Shown here one piece after another: positions 31,848 through 41,581 of a stretch of 64,000 bases of DNA. The DNA is from Gammaproteobacteria bacterium (GTDB lineage Bacteria > Pseudomonadota > Gammaproteobacteria > JBCCGL01). The notes under the pieces were generated by a model that worked only from the letters and a program-made list of their open reading frames with translations, ran no database searches and was not told the origin of the DNA. Made by a program: the position numbers and the translations under genes. Position 1 is the first letter of the stretch. Every line of letters starts with the position of its first letter. Where the stretch lies: positions 1,408,001-1,472,000 of the forward strand of contig OZ255836.1 of the NCBI GenBank assembly GCA_965277715.1. Reading direction: 5' to 3'.

Positions 31848-33734
31848 TTAAACCTGGGCCAGGTCACCTTTTAACTCCAACCAGTGCTTGCGGTCTGCTG
31901 CACGCTTTTTAGCCAACAGCATATCCATCGTTTGCAGCGTGTCATCCCCGGCTTCTATCGTCAACCGTACTAACCTGCGGGTATCCGGTGCCATGCTGGT
32001 ATCGCGCAACTGCAGTGGATTCATCTCGCCGAGGCCTTTAAAACGTGTGACCGATACCTTTCCCTTCTTCTTCTCGGCGGCAATACGGTCCATTATGCCT
32101 TTGTGCTCGTCGTCATCGACAGCATAAAAAACCTCCCTGCCCACATCGATACGGTATAGCGGCGGCATTGCCACATACACATGCCCCGCCACCACCAGCG
32201 CCTGAAAGTGGCGTACAAACAGCGCGCACAGGAGCGTGGCGATATGCAAACCGTCGGAGTCGGCATCGGCGAGAATACAGATCTTGCCATAGCGTAGATT
32301 GTCTAGCTCAGTGGCACCGGGCTCCAGCCCGACCGCGATCGATATATCGTGCACCTCCTGTGAGCCTAATACTTGATCCGGCTCGACCTCCCAGGTATTA
32401 AGGATCTTTCCGCGCAGCGGCATAATCGCCTGAAATTCGCGGTCCCGCGCCTGCTTCGCCGAGCCACCCGCCGAGTCGCCCTCAACCAAAAACAGCTCGG
32501 TGCGGGATAAATCTGTCGACGAACAATCGGCCAGCTTACCCGGCAACGCCGGGCCACTGGTGATCTTTTTTCGCACCACCTTCTTGCTGGAGCGCAGCCG
32601 CTGCTGGGCACTGCTGATCGCCAACTGGGCAACCTGATCGCCGGTTTCCGGGTGTTGATTTAACCACAGTGAAAAAGCATCTTTCACTACCCCGGAAACA
32701 AAGGCGGCGCATTCACGCGATGACAAACGCTCTTTCGTCTGCCCCGAAAATTGCGGCTCCTTCACCTTGATCGACAACACATAGCTGACCTTATCCCACA
32801 CGTCTTCCGGTGACAGCTTGACCCCACGCGGTATCAGATTGCGAAACTCGCAAAACTCACGCAGGGCCTCAGTCAACCCCGAGCGCAAGCCATTAACGTG
32901 CGTGCCGCCCTGCACCGTCGGCACCAGATTGACATAACTCTCCGCAACTGCATCACCGCCCTCACTCAGCCACAGCAACGCCCAGTCGACCGCCTCATTA
33001 TCCCCGCTCATGCTGCCGAGAAACGGCACCTCCGGCAGGCAGGTAAAACCGCGAACCGCCTCACTCAGATAATCCGGCAGGCCATCCCGATAGTGCCATT
33101 CTTCGATTTCATCGCTCTTCTCTATGCGCAGTCGCACCATCAGCCCTGGGCATAACACCGCCTTGGCACGCAGCAAATGCCGCAACCGGGGCAACGAAAA
33201 TTTATGGCTATCAAAATACCGGGCATTCGGCCAGAACCGCAGCGTAGTGCCAGTATTGCGCTGCCCGACCTTAGCAATCGGCGTCAAACCCTGCACCCTT
33301 TCGCCATCGGCATACACCACCAAAAACTCCTGCCCACCACGGCGCACACGCGCCTCCAGCCGACTGGAGAGCGCATTGACCACCGAGATACCCACACCGT
33401 GCAAGCCCCCTGAAAAGGCATAATTTCTATCAGAGAACTTACCCCCCGCGTGCAGCGTGGAAAGGATCACCTCAATGCCGGGGCGTTTAAGCTTTGGGTG
33501 CATATCGACCGGCATCCCCCGGCCATCATCGACCACCTCCAGCGAACCGTCGGCAAACACACACACCTCTACCACACTCGCGTGCCCGGCGATAGCCTCA
33601 TCGATACTATTATCGACAACCTCCTGCGCCAAATGATTGGGACAACTGGTATCCGTATACATGCCTGGGCGCTTACGCACTGGCTCAAGGCCACTTAGCA
33701 CCTCAATCGATGCGGCATCATACTGGCTACTCAT
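31848..33734 (-). CDS. parE: DNA topoisomerase IV subunit B
   Basis: GLEPVRKRPGMYTDT, EVVDNSIDE, LVEGDSAGGSAK, DADSDGLHI and RFKGLGEMNP; ~628 aa. ATG 33734 preferred. Confidence 0.95.
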   Translation of the reverse strand: MSSQYDAASIEVLSGLEPVRKRPGMYTDTSCPNHLAQEVVDNSIDEAIAGHASVVEVCVFADGSLEVVDDGRGMPVDMHPKLKRPGIEVILSTLHAGGKFSDRNYAFSGGLHGVGISVVNALSSRLEARVRRGGQEFLVVYADGERVQGLTPIAKVGQRNTGTTLRFWPNARYFDSHKFSLPRLRHLLRAKAVLCPGLMVRLRIEKSDEIEEWHYRDGLPDYLSEAVRGFTCLPEVPFLGSMSGDNEAVDWALLWLSEGGDAVAESYVNLVPTVQGGTHVNGLRSGLTEALREFCEFRNLIPRGVKLSPEDVWDKVSYVLSIKVKEPQFSGQTKERLSSRECAAFVSGVVKDAFSLWLNQHPETGDQVAQLAISSAQQRLRSSKKVVRKKITSGPALPGKLADCSSTDLSRTELFLVEGDSAGGSAKQARDREFQAIMPLRGKILNTWEVEPDQVLGSQEVHDISIAVGLEPGATELDNLRYGKICILADADSDGLHIATLLCALFVRHFQALVVAGHVYVAMPPLYRIDVGREVFYAVDDDEHKGIMDRIAAEKKKGKVSVTRFKGLGEMNPLQLRDTSMAPDTRRLVRLTIEAGDDTLQTMDMLLAKKRAADRKHWLELKGDLAQV

Positions 33735-33780
33735 CAAACGCTTACTCATAAAAACCGACGCGGCGCATTGTACCGTAAGA

Positions 33781-33870
33781 CAGCACAAGGATGCGGTGAG
33801 GAACAAACCGCATTGATTGAGAAAACCAGGGAACACGGAAATAACGGACCGACATAAACCTCGGCTGATG
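33781..33870 (+). repeat. REP-like repeat, copy A
   Basis: Contains hairpin ATGCGGT-GAGGAACAA-ACCGCAT; about 67/91 identical to 35552-35642 by manual alignment. Confidence 0.8.
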
Positions 33871-34062
33871 TAGACTCTAAGCCAGTGGGAATACCTGTCA
33901 GGTTTGCTTTGATCCTTACCCCCGCTTGCGCACTCTCAAGCAAATGCCTCAGCGACATGCGCGTATTTGACACCTCCCACACCCGGTTCGGCGCGTTATG
34001 GCGTGCTCCCGTATCTAACATAAAAACTGGATAAGACAATATCCTGGTGTGTTTATAGTGTT

Positions 34063-34182
34063 GGGTGTGCGGCCATGCGTAAGCTCGTGCATATCTGTTT
34101 TGGTGTTATCAAACACCAACAACCTTATCAACAACAAACGGCTCTAATAACCGCTTGCTCTTGATGGAGGGAGATGGTATCT
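34063..34182 (+). mobile_element. IS110-family remnant (transposase C-terminus plus right end)
   Basis: Translates as GCAAMRKLVHICFGVIKHQQPYQ, a typical IS110/Piv C-terminus. It ends in GAGATGGTATCT, like IS621-type right ends. Confidence 0.75.
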
Positions 34183-34261
34183 ACGTGCTAACGCAAGCGG
34201 AAATACCTGAATTGTTTGCCAGTTGCTGGCACATACCGTACCCATCGCGTACTATCGCACC

Positions 34262-35284
34262 ATGCAAATCGCCAACCCAATCTACGATGTCGTCTTCAAA
34301 TACCTGATGGCCGACGAGCGCGCCGCCAAGCTGATTATTGGTGAAATCATCGGTATGGACGTCATCGACATCGCCCTGCAACCGCAAGAGCGCCTGGCCA
34401 ACCTGACTGAAAAAAACCTCACCGTCTACCGGCTCGATTTTTCCGCCAGGGTTAAAACCCGCGATGGGCAGTTCAAACAAGTCATTATTGAAATCCAGAA
34501 AGCCAAATACACCAGCGATATTATGCGTTTCCGGCGCTACCTGGGGCAGCAGTACAGCGATGAAAAAAATGTCCACGCGACTGTTTCAGCCACGGGGCAC
34601 AGCACATATCAGGCGCTGCCGATTATTACTATTTACTTTTTGGGCCATACGCTCAACCACTGCACGGCATCCGTTATCAAAGTAGGCCGAATCTATACCG
34701 ATGCGATTACCGGCGAAACACTGGCCGACAAAGAAACCTTTATCGAAAGCCTGACCCACGACAGCTATGTGGTACAAATTCCCTATCTGAAAGCCCAACG
34801 CCGCAACGACCTGGAGAAACTACTGGAAATATTCGACCAGGACCTACAGGTGGAGAACAGACACAGGCTGTCGATTGATGAGACGCTGTTTCCAAAGAAA
34901 TACCACGTATTGATCAGGCGTTTGCAGGCGGCGATTAGCGAACCAGAGGTTATCGACACCATGCAGATTGAAGACGAGATACTGCTGGAACTGCAAAACA
35001 AGGAACGCGAGATCGAGGCAAAAGAACAACTGGTCGAAGAACAAAGCAAAGCACTGAAAGAAAAGAACCGGGTACTTGAGGAAAAAGACCAGGCGCTTGA
35101 GGAGAAAGACCAGGCACTTGAGGAAAAAGACCAGGCACTTGAGAAGAAAGACCAGTTAGTCAAGGAACAAGAGCAAGCGCTTGAAGAAAAAGATCAGGTA
35201 CTTGAGGAAAAGGATCAAGCACTCAAAGATAAAGACAAATTAATCGACGAGCTAAAAAGCCAACTCAACCGACTGCCTCAATAG
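34262..35284 (+). CDS. PD-(D/E)XK nuclease-like (Rpn/PDDEXK_2-like) protein with coiled-coil heptad tail
   Basis: NPIYDVVFKYLM, RLDF and IIEIQK (D...ExQ), RFRRYL and LPIITIYFLG; C-terminal (ALEEKDQ)n. Confidence 0.8.
   Translation: MQIANPIYDVVFKYLMADERAAKLIIGEIIGMDVIDIALQPQERLANLTEKNLTVYRLDFSARVKTRDGQFKQVIIEIQKAKYTSDIMRFRRYLGQQYSDEKNVHATVSATGHSTYQALPIITIYFLGHTLNHCTASVIKVGRIYTDAITGETLADKETFIESLTHDSYVVQIPYLKAQRRNDLEKLLEIFDQDLQVENRHRLSIDETLFPKKYHVLIRRLQAAISEPEVIDTMQIEDEILLELQNKEREIEAKEQLVEEQSKALKEKNRVLEEKDQALEEKDQALEEKDQALEKKDQLVKEQEQALEEKDQVLEEKDQALKDKDKLIDELKSQLNRLPQ
35054..35242 (+). repeat. 21-bp in-frame tandem repeat (~9 units)
   Basis: Consensus CTTGAGGAAAAAGACCAGGCA encoding LEEKDQA. 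Confidence 0.9.
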
Positions 35285-35350
35285 CTTACAAAAAATTTAA
35301 TCAATCAACATTAATAGTGTCGCTTTGCCAACACAGGCACACCCTGTGCT

Positions 35351-35378
35351 GTGGATGTGGTGGGGCACGAACCGTATC
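35351..35378 (+). repeat. Degenerate REP-like copy
   Basis: GTGGATGTGGTGGGGCACGAACCGTATC aligns with the hairpin core of copies A and B. Confidence 0.55.
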
Positions 35379-35551
35379 AGCAGTGCATTACTCCAATACC
35401 ATCGGTCATTCATAGGCTTCCCTGGCTGTAATTTATAGGGTTCGCCTCGCATTGAAAGAAAAAATTGTTGTATATAAAGGAAGAGTTACAATCTTATACC
35501 TGGTCTCTGAATTGAAGGTTTCACCTTCGGACGCCAACAATACCACTACCT

Positions 35552-35642
35552 CAGCACGTAGCATGCGGTGAGGAACGAACTGCATCGGTCGAGAAAACGA
35601 AGGAACACAGGCATAATGGGGTTATATAAATCCTGGATGGTG
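35552..35642 (+). repeat. REP-like repeat, copy B
   Basis: GTAGCATGCGGTGAGGAACGAACTGCATC core with a GTAG tetranucleotide; direct repeat of 33781-33870. Confidence 0.8.
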
Positions 35643-35761
35643 CGGTCTCTGCTTTCTATAGAAAATGTACCCTGTAATTTATACAATACTTCAAGCTTGA
35701 TTATAGGGTGCTACACCACCACCTTACCTAAACAACACAACTAACCCCACCGGACACACAC

Positions 35762-36631
35762 ATGCCAGACTCCCCTTTCATCCACGAAGCCACCCCCGAA
35801 AACTTCGTACAAATCGTTATTGAAGGCTCAAAAAATGTACCTGTCCTGGTAGATTTTTGGGCCGACTGGTGCCAACCCTGCCAAATGCTCATGCCCATAC
35901 TGGCAAAACTTGCCGACGAATATCAGGGTAAATTCATCCTCGCCAAAGTCGACACCGAAGCCCACCAGGCAATCGCCATGCAACTCGGTATCCGCAGCCT
36001 GCCGACAGTAAAACTGTTTATCAATGGCCAACCTGTCGACGAATTTATGGGCGCCCAACCCGAAAGCGTAGTCCGTGAGTTTCTCGGTAAATACATTGAA
36101 GCGGGCGGCAACAGCGAAGCCAGCCTGTCAGAGCAGGCCATGCACTTGTTTGACGCCGGAGACACCCAGGGTGCCAATACATTGATCAATACAGCCCTGG
36201 AACAAGACCCGGAAAACAACCAGGCCTGGTTGGCACTCGCACAACTCGCGCTGGCCAGTGGCGAATACGACAAAGTCACTATCGCCCTGGATAAGCTGCC
36301 AGCCGATGAACGCAAAAAACCCGAGGCATCACGCATCGCCGGTCTACTGAAATTCAGCGAACTGGCCGATTCACAAATAGATTTTAATACACTGACACAG
36401 CAAGCCGAAGACGGCGCTATCGACACTGAAGGCCGCTACCAGCTTGCCATTCACAGCCTGTTACAAGGTGCCGCCGAACAGGCCTTGCAACAACTGTTAT
36501 TACTGCTGCAACAAGCCCCCGAATGGCGCGAAGGCGAGGCCCGAAAAAGCTTGATAGCGGTATTTGACGTACTCGGCACCGACCCCTTAGTGAGCCAGTA
36601 CCGGCGTAAGATGTTTAATTTATTGCACTAA
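35762..36631 (+). CDS. ybbN: Thioredoxin-TPR chaperedoxin (YbbN/CnoX family)
   Basis: VDFWADWCQPC thioredoxin domain plus TPR region ending YRRKMFNLLH. Confidence 0.9.
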   Translation: MPDSPFIHEATPENFVQIVIEGSKNVPVLVDFWADWCQPCQMLMPILAKLADEYQGKFILAKVDTEAHQAIAMQLGIRSLPTVKLFINGQPVDEFMGAQPESVVREFLGKYIEAGGNSEASLSEQAMHLFDAGDTQGANTLINTALEQDPENNQAWLALAQLALASGEYDKVTIALDKLPADERKKPEASRIAGLLKFSELADSQIDFNTLTQQAEDGAIDTEGRYQLAIHSLLQGAAEQALQQLLLLLQQAPEWREGEARKSLIAVFDVLGTDPLVSQYRRKMFNLLH

Positions 36632-36640
36632 ACAGTTGCG

Positions 36641-37375
36641 TTAGATTTTCGGCTCACTGGCAAGTAACTGAACCAGCTCAGCCGGTGGCCGGTAGCCCGG
36701 CACCACCAAACCGTTGTCGAGAAAAATCATCGGGGTGCCGCGCAAACCCACCTGTTGGGCCAGCGCGATGTGTTCGCCGATAGGGTTTTCGCAGGTTTTG
36801 TTAGGTATCGATTGCCCCGTTTTGACCCTCGTCATCGCCTGCTCCTGATCGTCTGCACACCAAACACTTTCAAGTTGTCTATGCGCTTCGCTATCAAGAC
36901 CCGCCCGTGGGTACAATAAATAACGGACACTCACGCCCTGCGACAACAGACCATCGATTTCAGTATGTAACTTGCGACAATAACCACAAGTGGTATCAGT
37001 AATCACCGTTATATGTCGGCTTTTATCCTGCGCAGCGCTGGCTTTAAAAACCACCATTTTTTCTTCACCTATGGCCTCAATCGCCGCCAACTGGGTTTTG
37101 CCTTTTCGCTGCTGGGTCATATTGATACGACGCTCTACATCGATCATATCGCCTTCAATAACGTATTTGCCATTCGGAGTAACGTACACAACCTGTGCGC
37201 CCGTTACCAACTCCAACAAGCCCGGTATCGGGCTTTCAGACACACTGGTAATCTCAAGGTTTGGCATACTCACTGCCAGCGCTTCGCGCAATTGTTTAAT
37301 ATCGTCAGATTCGTCAGCGTATACAGCCGTTATAGGCATGAGCAATACAGCACCCAACAAGGCAAGCATTTTCAT
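36641..37375 (-). CDS. dsbC: Thiol:disulfide interchange protein DsbC
   Basis: Signal peptide, CGYC, YPRAG and GTP; downstream of xerD. Confidence 0.92.
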   Translation of the reverse strand: MKMLALLGAVLLMPITAVYADESDDIKQLREALAVSMPNLEITSVSESPIPGLLELVTGAQVVYVTPNGKYVIEGDMIDVERRINMTQQRKGKTQLAAIEAIGEEKMVVFKASAAQDKSRHITVITDTTCGYCRKLHTEIDGLLSQGVSVRYLLYPRAGLDSEAHRQLESVWCADDQEQAMTRVKTGQSIPNKTCENPIGEHIALAQQVGLRGTPMIFLDNGLVVPGYRPPAELVQLLASEPKI

Positions 37376-37475
37376 AAGATAAAATTCCCGATAATCGTTT
37401 ACGCCCTAATGGACAGATAGAACAGAAAATAATTCATATATCTATTTATATTTCACCCATCCCTCACGCCATCTC

Positions 37476-38372
37476 TTACGCTCTGGGATGGTGTTGGGCA
37501 TACAGGCTTTGCAAGCGCTGCTGAGCTACATGGGTATAAATCTGTGTCGTCGATAAGCTGCTGTGCCCAAGCAGCATTTGCACAGCGCGCAAATCGGCAT
37601 CATGGTTAATCAGGTGCGTTGCAAACGCATGCCGCAGAGTATGCGGTGACAGTGGCTTTTCGATGCCTGCAATGCGTGCATAGCGCTTGATAATGTACCA
37701 GAACGACTGGCGCGTCATCGCGCCACCACGGCGGGTTACAAACACCGCATGAATGGTTTTGTCGATTCCCGCGAGCAAATCATCACGCGCACTGTTCAGA
37801 TAGCGCTGCACCCAATCGACCGCATTTTCACCCAGTGGCACCAAACGCTCCTTATTGCCTTTACCGACAACGTGCACAACCCCCATACGCAAATTCAATT
37901 GTTCAAGCTGAAGATTAACCAACTCACTCACGCGCAAACCCGCCGCATAAATCAACTCCAGCATAGCGCGGTCACGCAAACCGAGAAGCTGCTGAGTATC
38001 CACCGCCACAAGCAGCTTTTCCACATCCTCCTCGCTCAACACTTTCGGCAGTGGCCGCCCCGGCGCAGGTGATTCAATCAACGCACTGGGGTCAATCTGG
38101 ATAAGGCGTTCGCGCATAGAATAAGCATAGAAACCGCGCAGTGCGCTCAACAGCCGTGCCATACTGCGCCGGGTGCTGCCAATAGCAAAGCGAAAGGCCA
38201 GGTAATCGCGCAAATCATCACCGCTACACGTCAGTAACTCGGTATGCTTTTCCCTGTCAAGCCAGGCAAACACCGCCCCCAGGTCACTGCGATAAGCGGT
38301 CAGCGTATTTTCACTCAAGCCCCGCTCTATCCACACAGCATCCAGATAACGGTCAATATCATTTGAACTCAT
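37476..38372 (-). CDS. xerD: Site-specific tyrosine recombinase XerD
   Basis: ERGLSENTL, GLRVSEL, GKGNKERLVP, SPHTLRHAFATHL and TTQIYTHVA; next to dsbC. Confidence 0.95.
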   Translation of the reverse strand: MSSNDIDRYLDAVWIERGLSENTLTAYRSDLGAVFAWLDREKHTELLTCSGDDLRDYLAFRFAIGSTRRSMARLLSALRGFYAYSMRERLIQIDPSALIESPAPGRPLPKVLSEEDVEKLLVAVDTQQLLGLRDRAMLELIYAAGLRVSELVNLQLEQLNLRMGVVHVVGKGNKERLVPLGENAVDWVQRYLNSARDDLLAGIDKTIHAVFVTRRGGAMTRQSFWYIIKRYARIAGIEKPLSPHTLRHAFATHLINHDADLRAVQMLLGHSSLSTTQIYTHVAQQRLQSLYAQHHPRA

Positions 38373-38881
38373 ACACTAACCCACTACACTAAACCACTAA
38401 CCTAATACTTCCTCAACTTTGAACTGATTAATACACAAGGCCATCCAGGTAAGCAGACAATACATCAGAGGCACAACCTCATGCTATCAATAATAGCGTC
38501 AGCCTACCTTCCACAGAAACAGCCGACGACTGTATGGATACAGGAGATAGAGCAACGCAGGAGCAGTTGCCGGCACTTATATTGATTAACAAGGTACTCT
38601 CACGGCCTGTACCGCACTCATCTGCAGATTTAAAGAAACCCAGGATAGTCAAGGGGAGATATAAGCCTGGCTAGATGTCACTTGCAGTAAGCCAACTGAT
38701 TAAAAGCTAATAACCTGTTAATTCAAAATGGATAACATATTTAGGCACCTGTTAGATTCAAGACATTACTATTGCAGAAAAGCCGGTTTAGCTTTTTTTC
38801 ACGCACTATTTCGTCAAATAGCACCACTATTGTAGAACAAATGCTTTACCATTCCATATCACCAATAAGCACCTATAAACC

Positions 38882-39400
38882 ATGAAAGACACACCACCTG
38901 TTATTGGTTTTGCCGCCTGGAGCGGCACTGGAAAAACCACACTAATCAGTAAACTGCTACCCATTTTCAAACAGCACAACGTATCCGTAGGTATTATCAA
39001 ACACACACACCACAATGTAGAATTCGATACACCGGGGAAAGACAGCCACCGTTTGCGCACGGCGGGTGCCAATCAAGTGTTAGTCACCTCGGCAAAGCGC
39101 TGGGCGCTCTACGGTGACAAAACTGATTTTACCGAAACACTAAATATCGACAGGGAAATATCCAGGCTCAACACCAGCAAACTCGACCTGGTACTGGTTG
39201 AAAGTTTTAAAACGGCCCCCATTGCAAAAATAGAACTACACCGCCCATCAATGAAAAAACCGCTACTCTACCCAAACGATGTGCATATTGTCGCCATCGC
39301 CAGTGACACCCCCATACAACGACAGGATGCACCTGCGCAGCTCAGCATAAATCAACCGATGCAAATTGCACGCTATATAATCGATACTTTTTTAGTGTAG
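38882..39400 (+). CDS. mobB: Molybdopterin-guanine dinucleotide biosynthesis protein B
   Basis: AAWSGTGKTTL, IKHTHH, DTPGKDS and DLVLVE. Confidence 0.92.
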   Translation: MKDTPPVIGFAAWSGTGKTTLISKLLPIFKQHNVSVGIIKHTHHNVEFDTPGKDSHRLRTAGANQVLVTSAKRWALYGDKTDFTETLNIDREISRLNTSKLDLVLVESFKTAPIAKIELHRPSMKKPLLYPNDVHIVAIASDTPIQRQDAPAQLSINQPMQIARYIIDTFLV

Positions 39401-39541
39401 CGGGTCTTTGCAAAAAAATAATTTACCTTTGCCCTTAATGCTTTCAGCCCAGGTCTTTTCAACCCAAACCTTTTCGCATAGATCACTAAATAAAACCGAT
39501 GGCGACAAACACCATAAACACCCCATAAAGCGAATAACTGC

Positions 39542-40819
39542 ATGAGCAAACCGACCACCACCTGCATGGATGATTTTGACCCCGATGCACTGCTGATTGA
39601 TGCCGCTGTCGAGCAGATTCTCAGCCAGGTATTACCGCTTCAGAAATGTGAAGATATTGCGATTGAAGAAGCGTTACAGCGTATTACCAGTGAAGCAATT
39701 CAGGCGAGAGTAGACGTGCCTTCATTCACCAGTGCAGCAATGGATGGCTACGCGATAAACCATGCCGACCTCGATTCCGGTATCAATAATACCGATACTC
39801 ATCAGGCAATTTTTAAACTGGCGGGCACTTCATTGGCTGGGCACCCCTTGCCCAGCACCATAAGATCCGGTGAGTGTGCGCGTATCACCACTGGCGCCAT
39901 GCTGCCCAAAGGCACGGATTCAGTTGTTATGCAGGAACACGCCATAATAAAAGATGACAAAATACGGCTAACCGGACAAATTAAATTAAATCAGTTTGCA
40001 CGGCCACCGGGGAGTGACACACGCCAGGGGGATATTTTATTACCGGAAAATAAACGCCTATCCCCCGCTGATATTGGTTTACTCGCGTCACAGGGAATTG
40101 CCAGTGTACGGGTACGAAAAAAACCGCGTGTAGCGATTATTTCAACCGGCGATGAACTGGTTCAAGCGGGTAGTACTCTCAAACCGGGGCAAATCTACGA
40201 TAGCAACCGGGCGTTATTATCGGCGATGCTGAAGCAACTCGGTCTAACATGCATCGATATTGGCACGATACGTGATGATCCCGATGCCCTGACAACAGCG
40301 TTTAATTATGCCGCAGACAACGCCGATGCAATTATTTCATCGGGGGGCGTATCAGTAGGCGAAGCAGATTTTGTCAGATCATTACTAACACAATTCGGTG
40401 AATTAAAATTCTGGAAAATTGCCATGAAGCCTGGCCGTCCACTCACCGTTGGCCATTACAAATCCATTCCTTTTTTCGGACTGCCAGGCAACCCGGTATC
40501 GGTCAACGTTACATTCAGGCAATTGGTACGCCCGGCAATGGAAAAAATGTGTGGATTGCCTCCCCAAAAACAACCGACGCTGCTGGCAAAAACAACCACA
40601 AAGCTCAGTAAACAGGCGGGCAGGCTTGAATTTCAGCGCGGCGTGCTCAGCAAAACCGATGAGGGTGAATGGCAAGTGGGTACAACAGGCGCACAGGACT
40701 CACATGTACTCAGCTCACTGAGCAAAGCCAACTGTTATATTGTACTGCCTCTCGAATCAGAGGGTGCGAATGTAGGTGACAGTGTTGAAATACAACTTTT
40801 TACTGATGTTTTTCTGTAG
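39542..40819 (+). CDS. moeA: Molybdopterin molybdotransferase
   Basis: AMDGYA, RITTGA, STGDEL, SSGGVSVGEAD, MKPGRP and GLPGNPVS. Confidence 0.96.
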   Translation: MSKPTTTCMDDFDPDALLIDAAVEQILSQVLPLQKCEDIAIEEALQRITSEAIQARVDVPSFTSAAMDGYAINHADLDSGINNTDTHQAIFKLAGTSLAGHPLPSTIRSGECARITTGAMLPKGTDSVVMQEHAIIKDDKIRLTGQIKLNQFARPPGSDTRQGDILLPENKRLSPADIGLLASQGIASVRVRKKPRVAIISTGDELVQAGSTLKPGQIYDSNRALLSAMLKQLGLTCIDIGTIRDDPDALTTAFNYAADNADAIISSGGVSVGEADFVRSLLTQFGELKFWKIAMKPGRPLTVGHYKSIPFFGLPGNPVSVNVTFRQLVRPAMEKMCGLPPQKQPTLLAKTTTKLSKQAGRLEFQRGVLSKTDEGEWQVGTTGAQDSHVLSSLSKANCYIVLPLESEGANVGDSVEIQLFTDVFL

Positions 40820-40860
40820 TGTGCGCATCTGAAAAAATAATGTAACAACCAGCTAAAAAC

Positions 40861-40885
40861 AAAAAGGGCGGTAAACCGCCCTCTT
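40861..40885. terminator. Terminator between convergent moeA and the histone-like gene
   Basis: AAAAAGGGCGGT-AA-ACCGCCCTCTT. Confidence 0.75.
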
Positions 40886-40903
40886 CGCCCAGAAAAAAAT
40901 CAA

Positions 40904-41323
40904 TTATTTTTTCTTTGCGCGTTTTTTGCCAGTCTTTTTCTTGACTGGTGCAGCAGCAGTAGCGGCACGTTTTGCAGTAGAGGCGATTGCCTTCAACGCA
41001 TCAAGCGCACTTTCAAGCTGTTTCTCACGCTTGGCGCCTGCTTTTATTTCTGATTGTGCTGATTTTAGCTCAGCCTGTAAACCAGCAATCTGCTGGCGCA
41101 TTTGGGTTGCTCTTTCAGCTGAAGCCGCACGCGTAGCTGCACTTGCTGCAGTTGCCTTCTTTTTAGAGGCCGATTTCTTAGCTGATGCTTTCCCTGCAGG
41201 ACGACCGCGTTTAGCCGGTACTTTTACTGCATCTGCTGCAGCTGCATTTTTTGGCGGACGCCCACGTCGCGCCGGTGCTTTCTTTTCTGCGGCTACAGCC
41301 GCTGTCTTTTTCATACGAGGCAT
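40904..41323 (-). CDS. Basic Lys/Ala-rich histone-like protein with RGRP motifs and a coiled coil
   Basis: GGAG RBS upstream and terminator downstream; K/A-rich with RRGRPPK and KRGRPAG. Confidence 0.8.
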   Translation of the reverse strand: MPRMKKTAAVAAEKKAPARRGRPPKNAAAADAVKVPAKRGRPAGKASAKKSASKKKATAASAATRAASAERATQMRQQIAGLQAELKSAQSEIKAGAKREKQLESALDALKAIASTAKRAATAAAPVKKKTGKKRAKKK

Positions 41324-41581
41324 TGTTTGGCTCCAAAGTCAGTTAACGAATGCACCGCGAATTATAAGTTTGTAAATATGTTTTTCAATTATATTTACAC
41401 CAATAATCGTTATTTTATGGCTATTTTTGGTTTTTTTTGCAAAAAAACCCAAAAAAATAAATAAATTAGGCTATGAGAACCAAAAAATTAACCCAGTCTT
41501 AAAAACGGTGCATGGAATATATTTCAGATAGATCGCATGTTATTATCGTCCACTCACTGCAATTCTTTAGCATTTCCAAAA

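Noticed and set aside
35054-35242. Tandem repeats as a possible CRISPR array
   Set aside because: Contiguous in-frame 21-bp units with no spacers and no cas genes; they encode a coiled coil.
37476-38372. Tyrosine recombinase as a phage or integron integrase
   Set aside because: Length, motifs and dsbC linkage match chromosomal XerD; no IntI-specific insertion.
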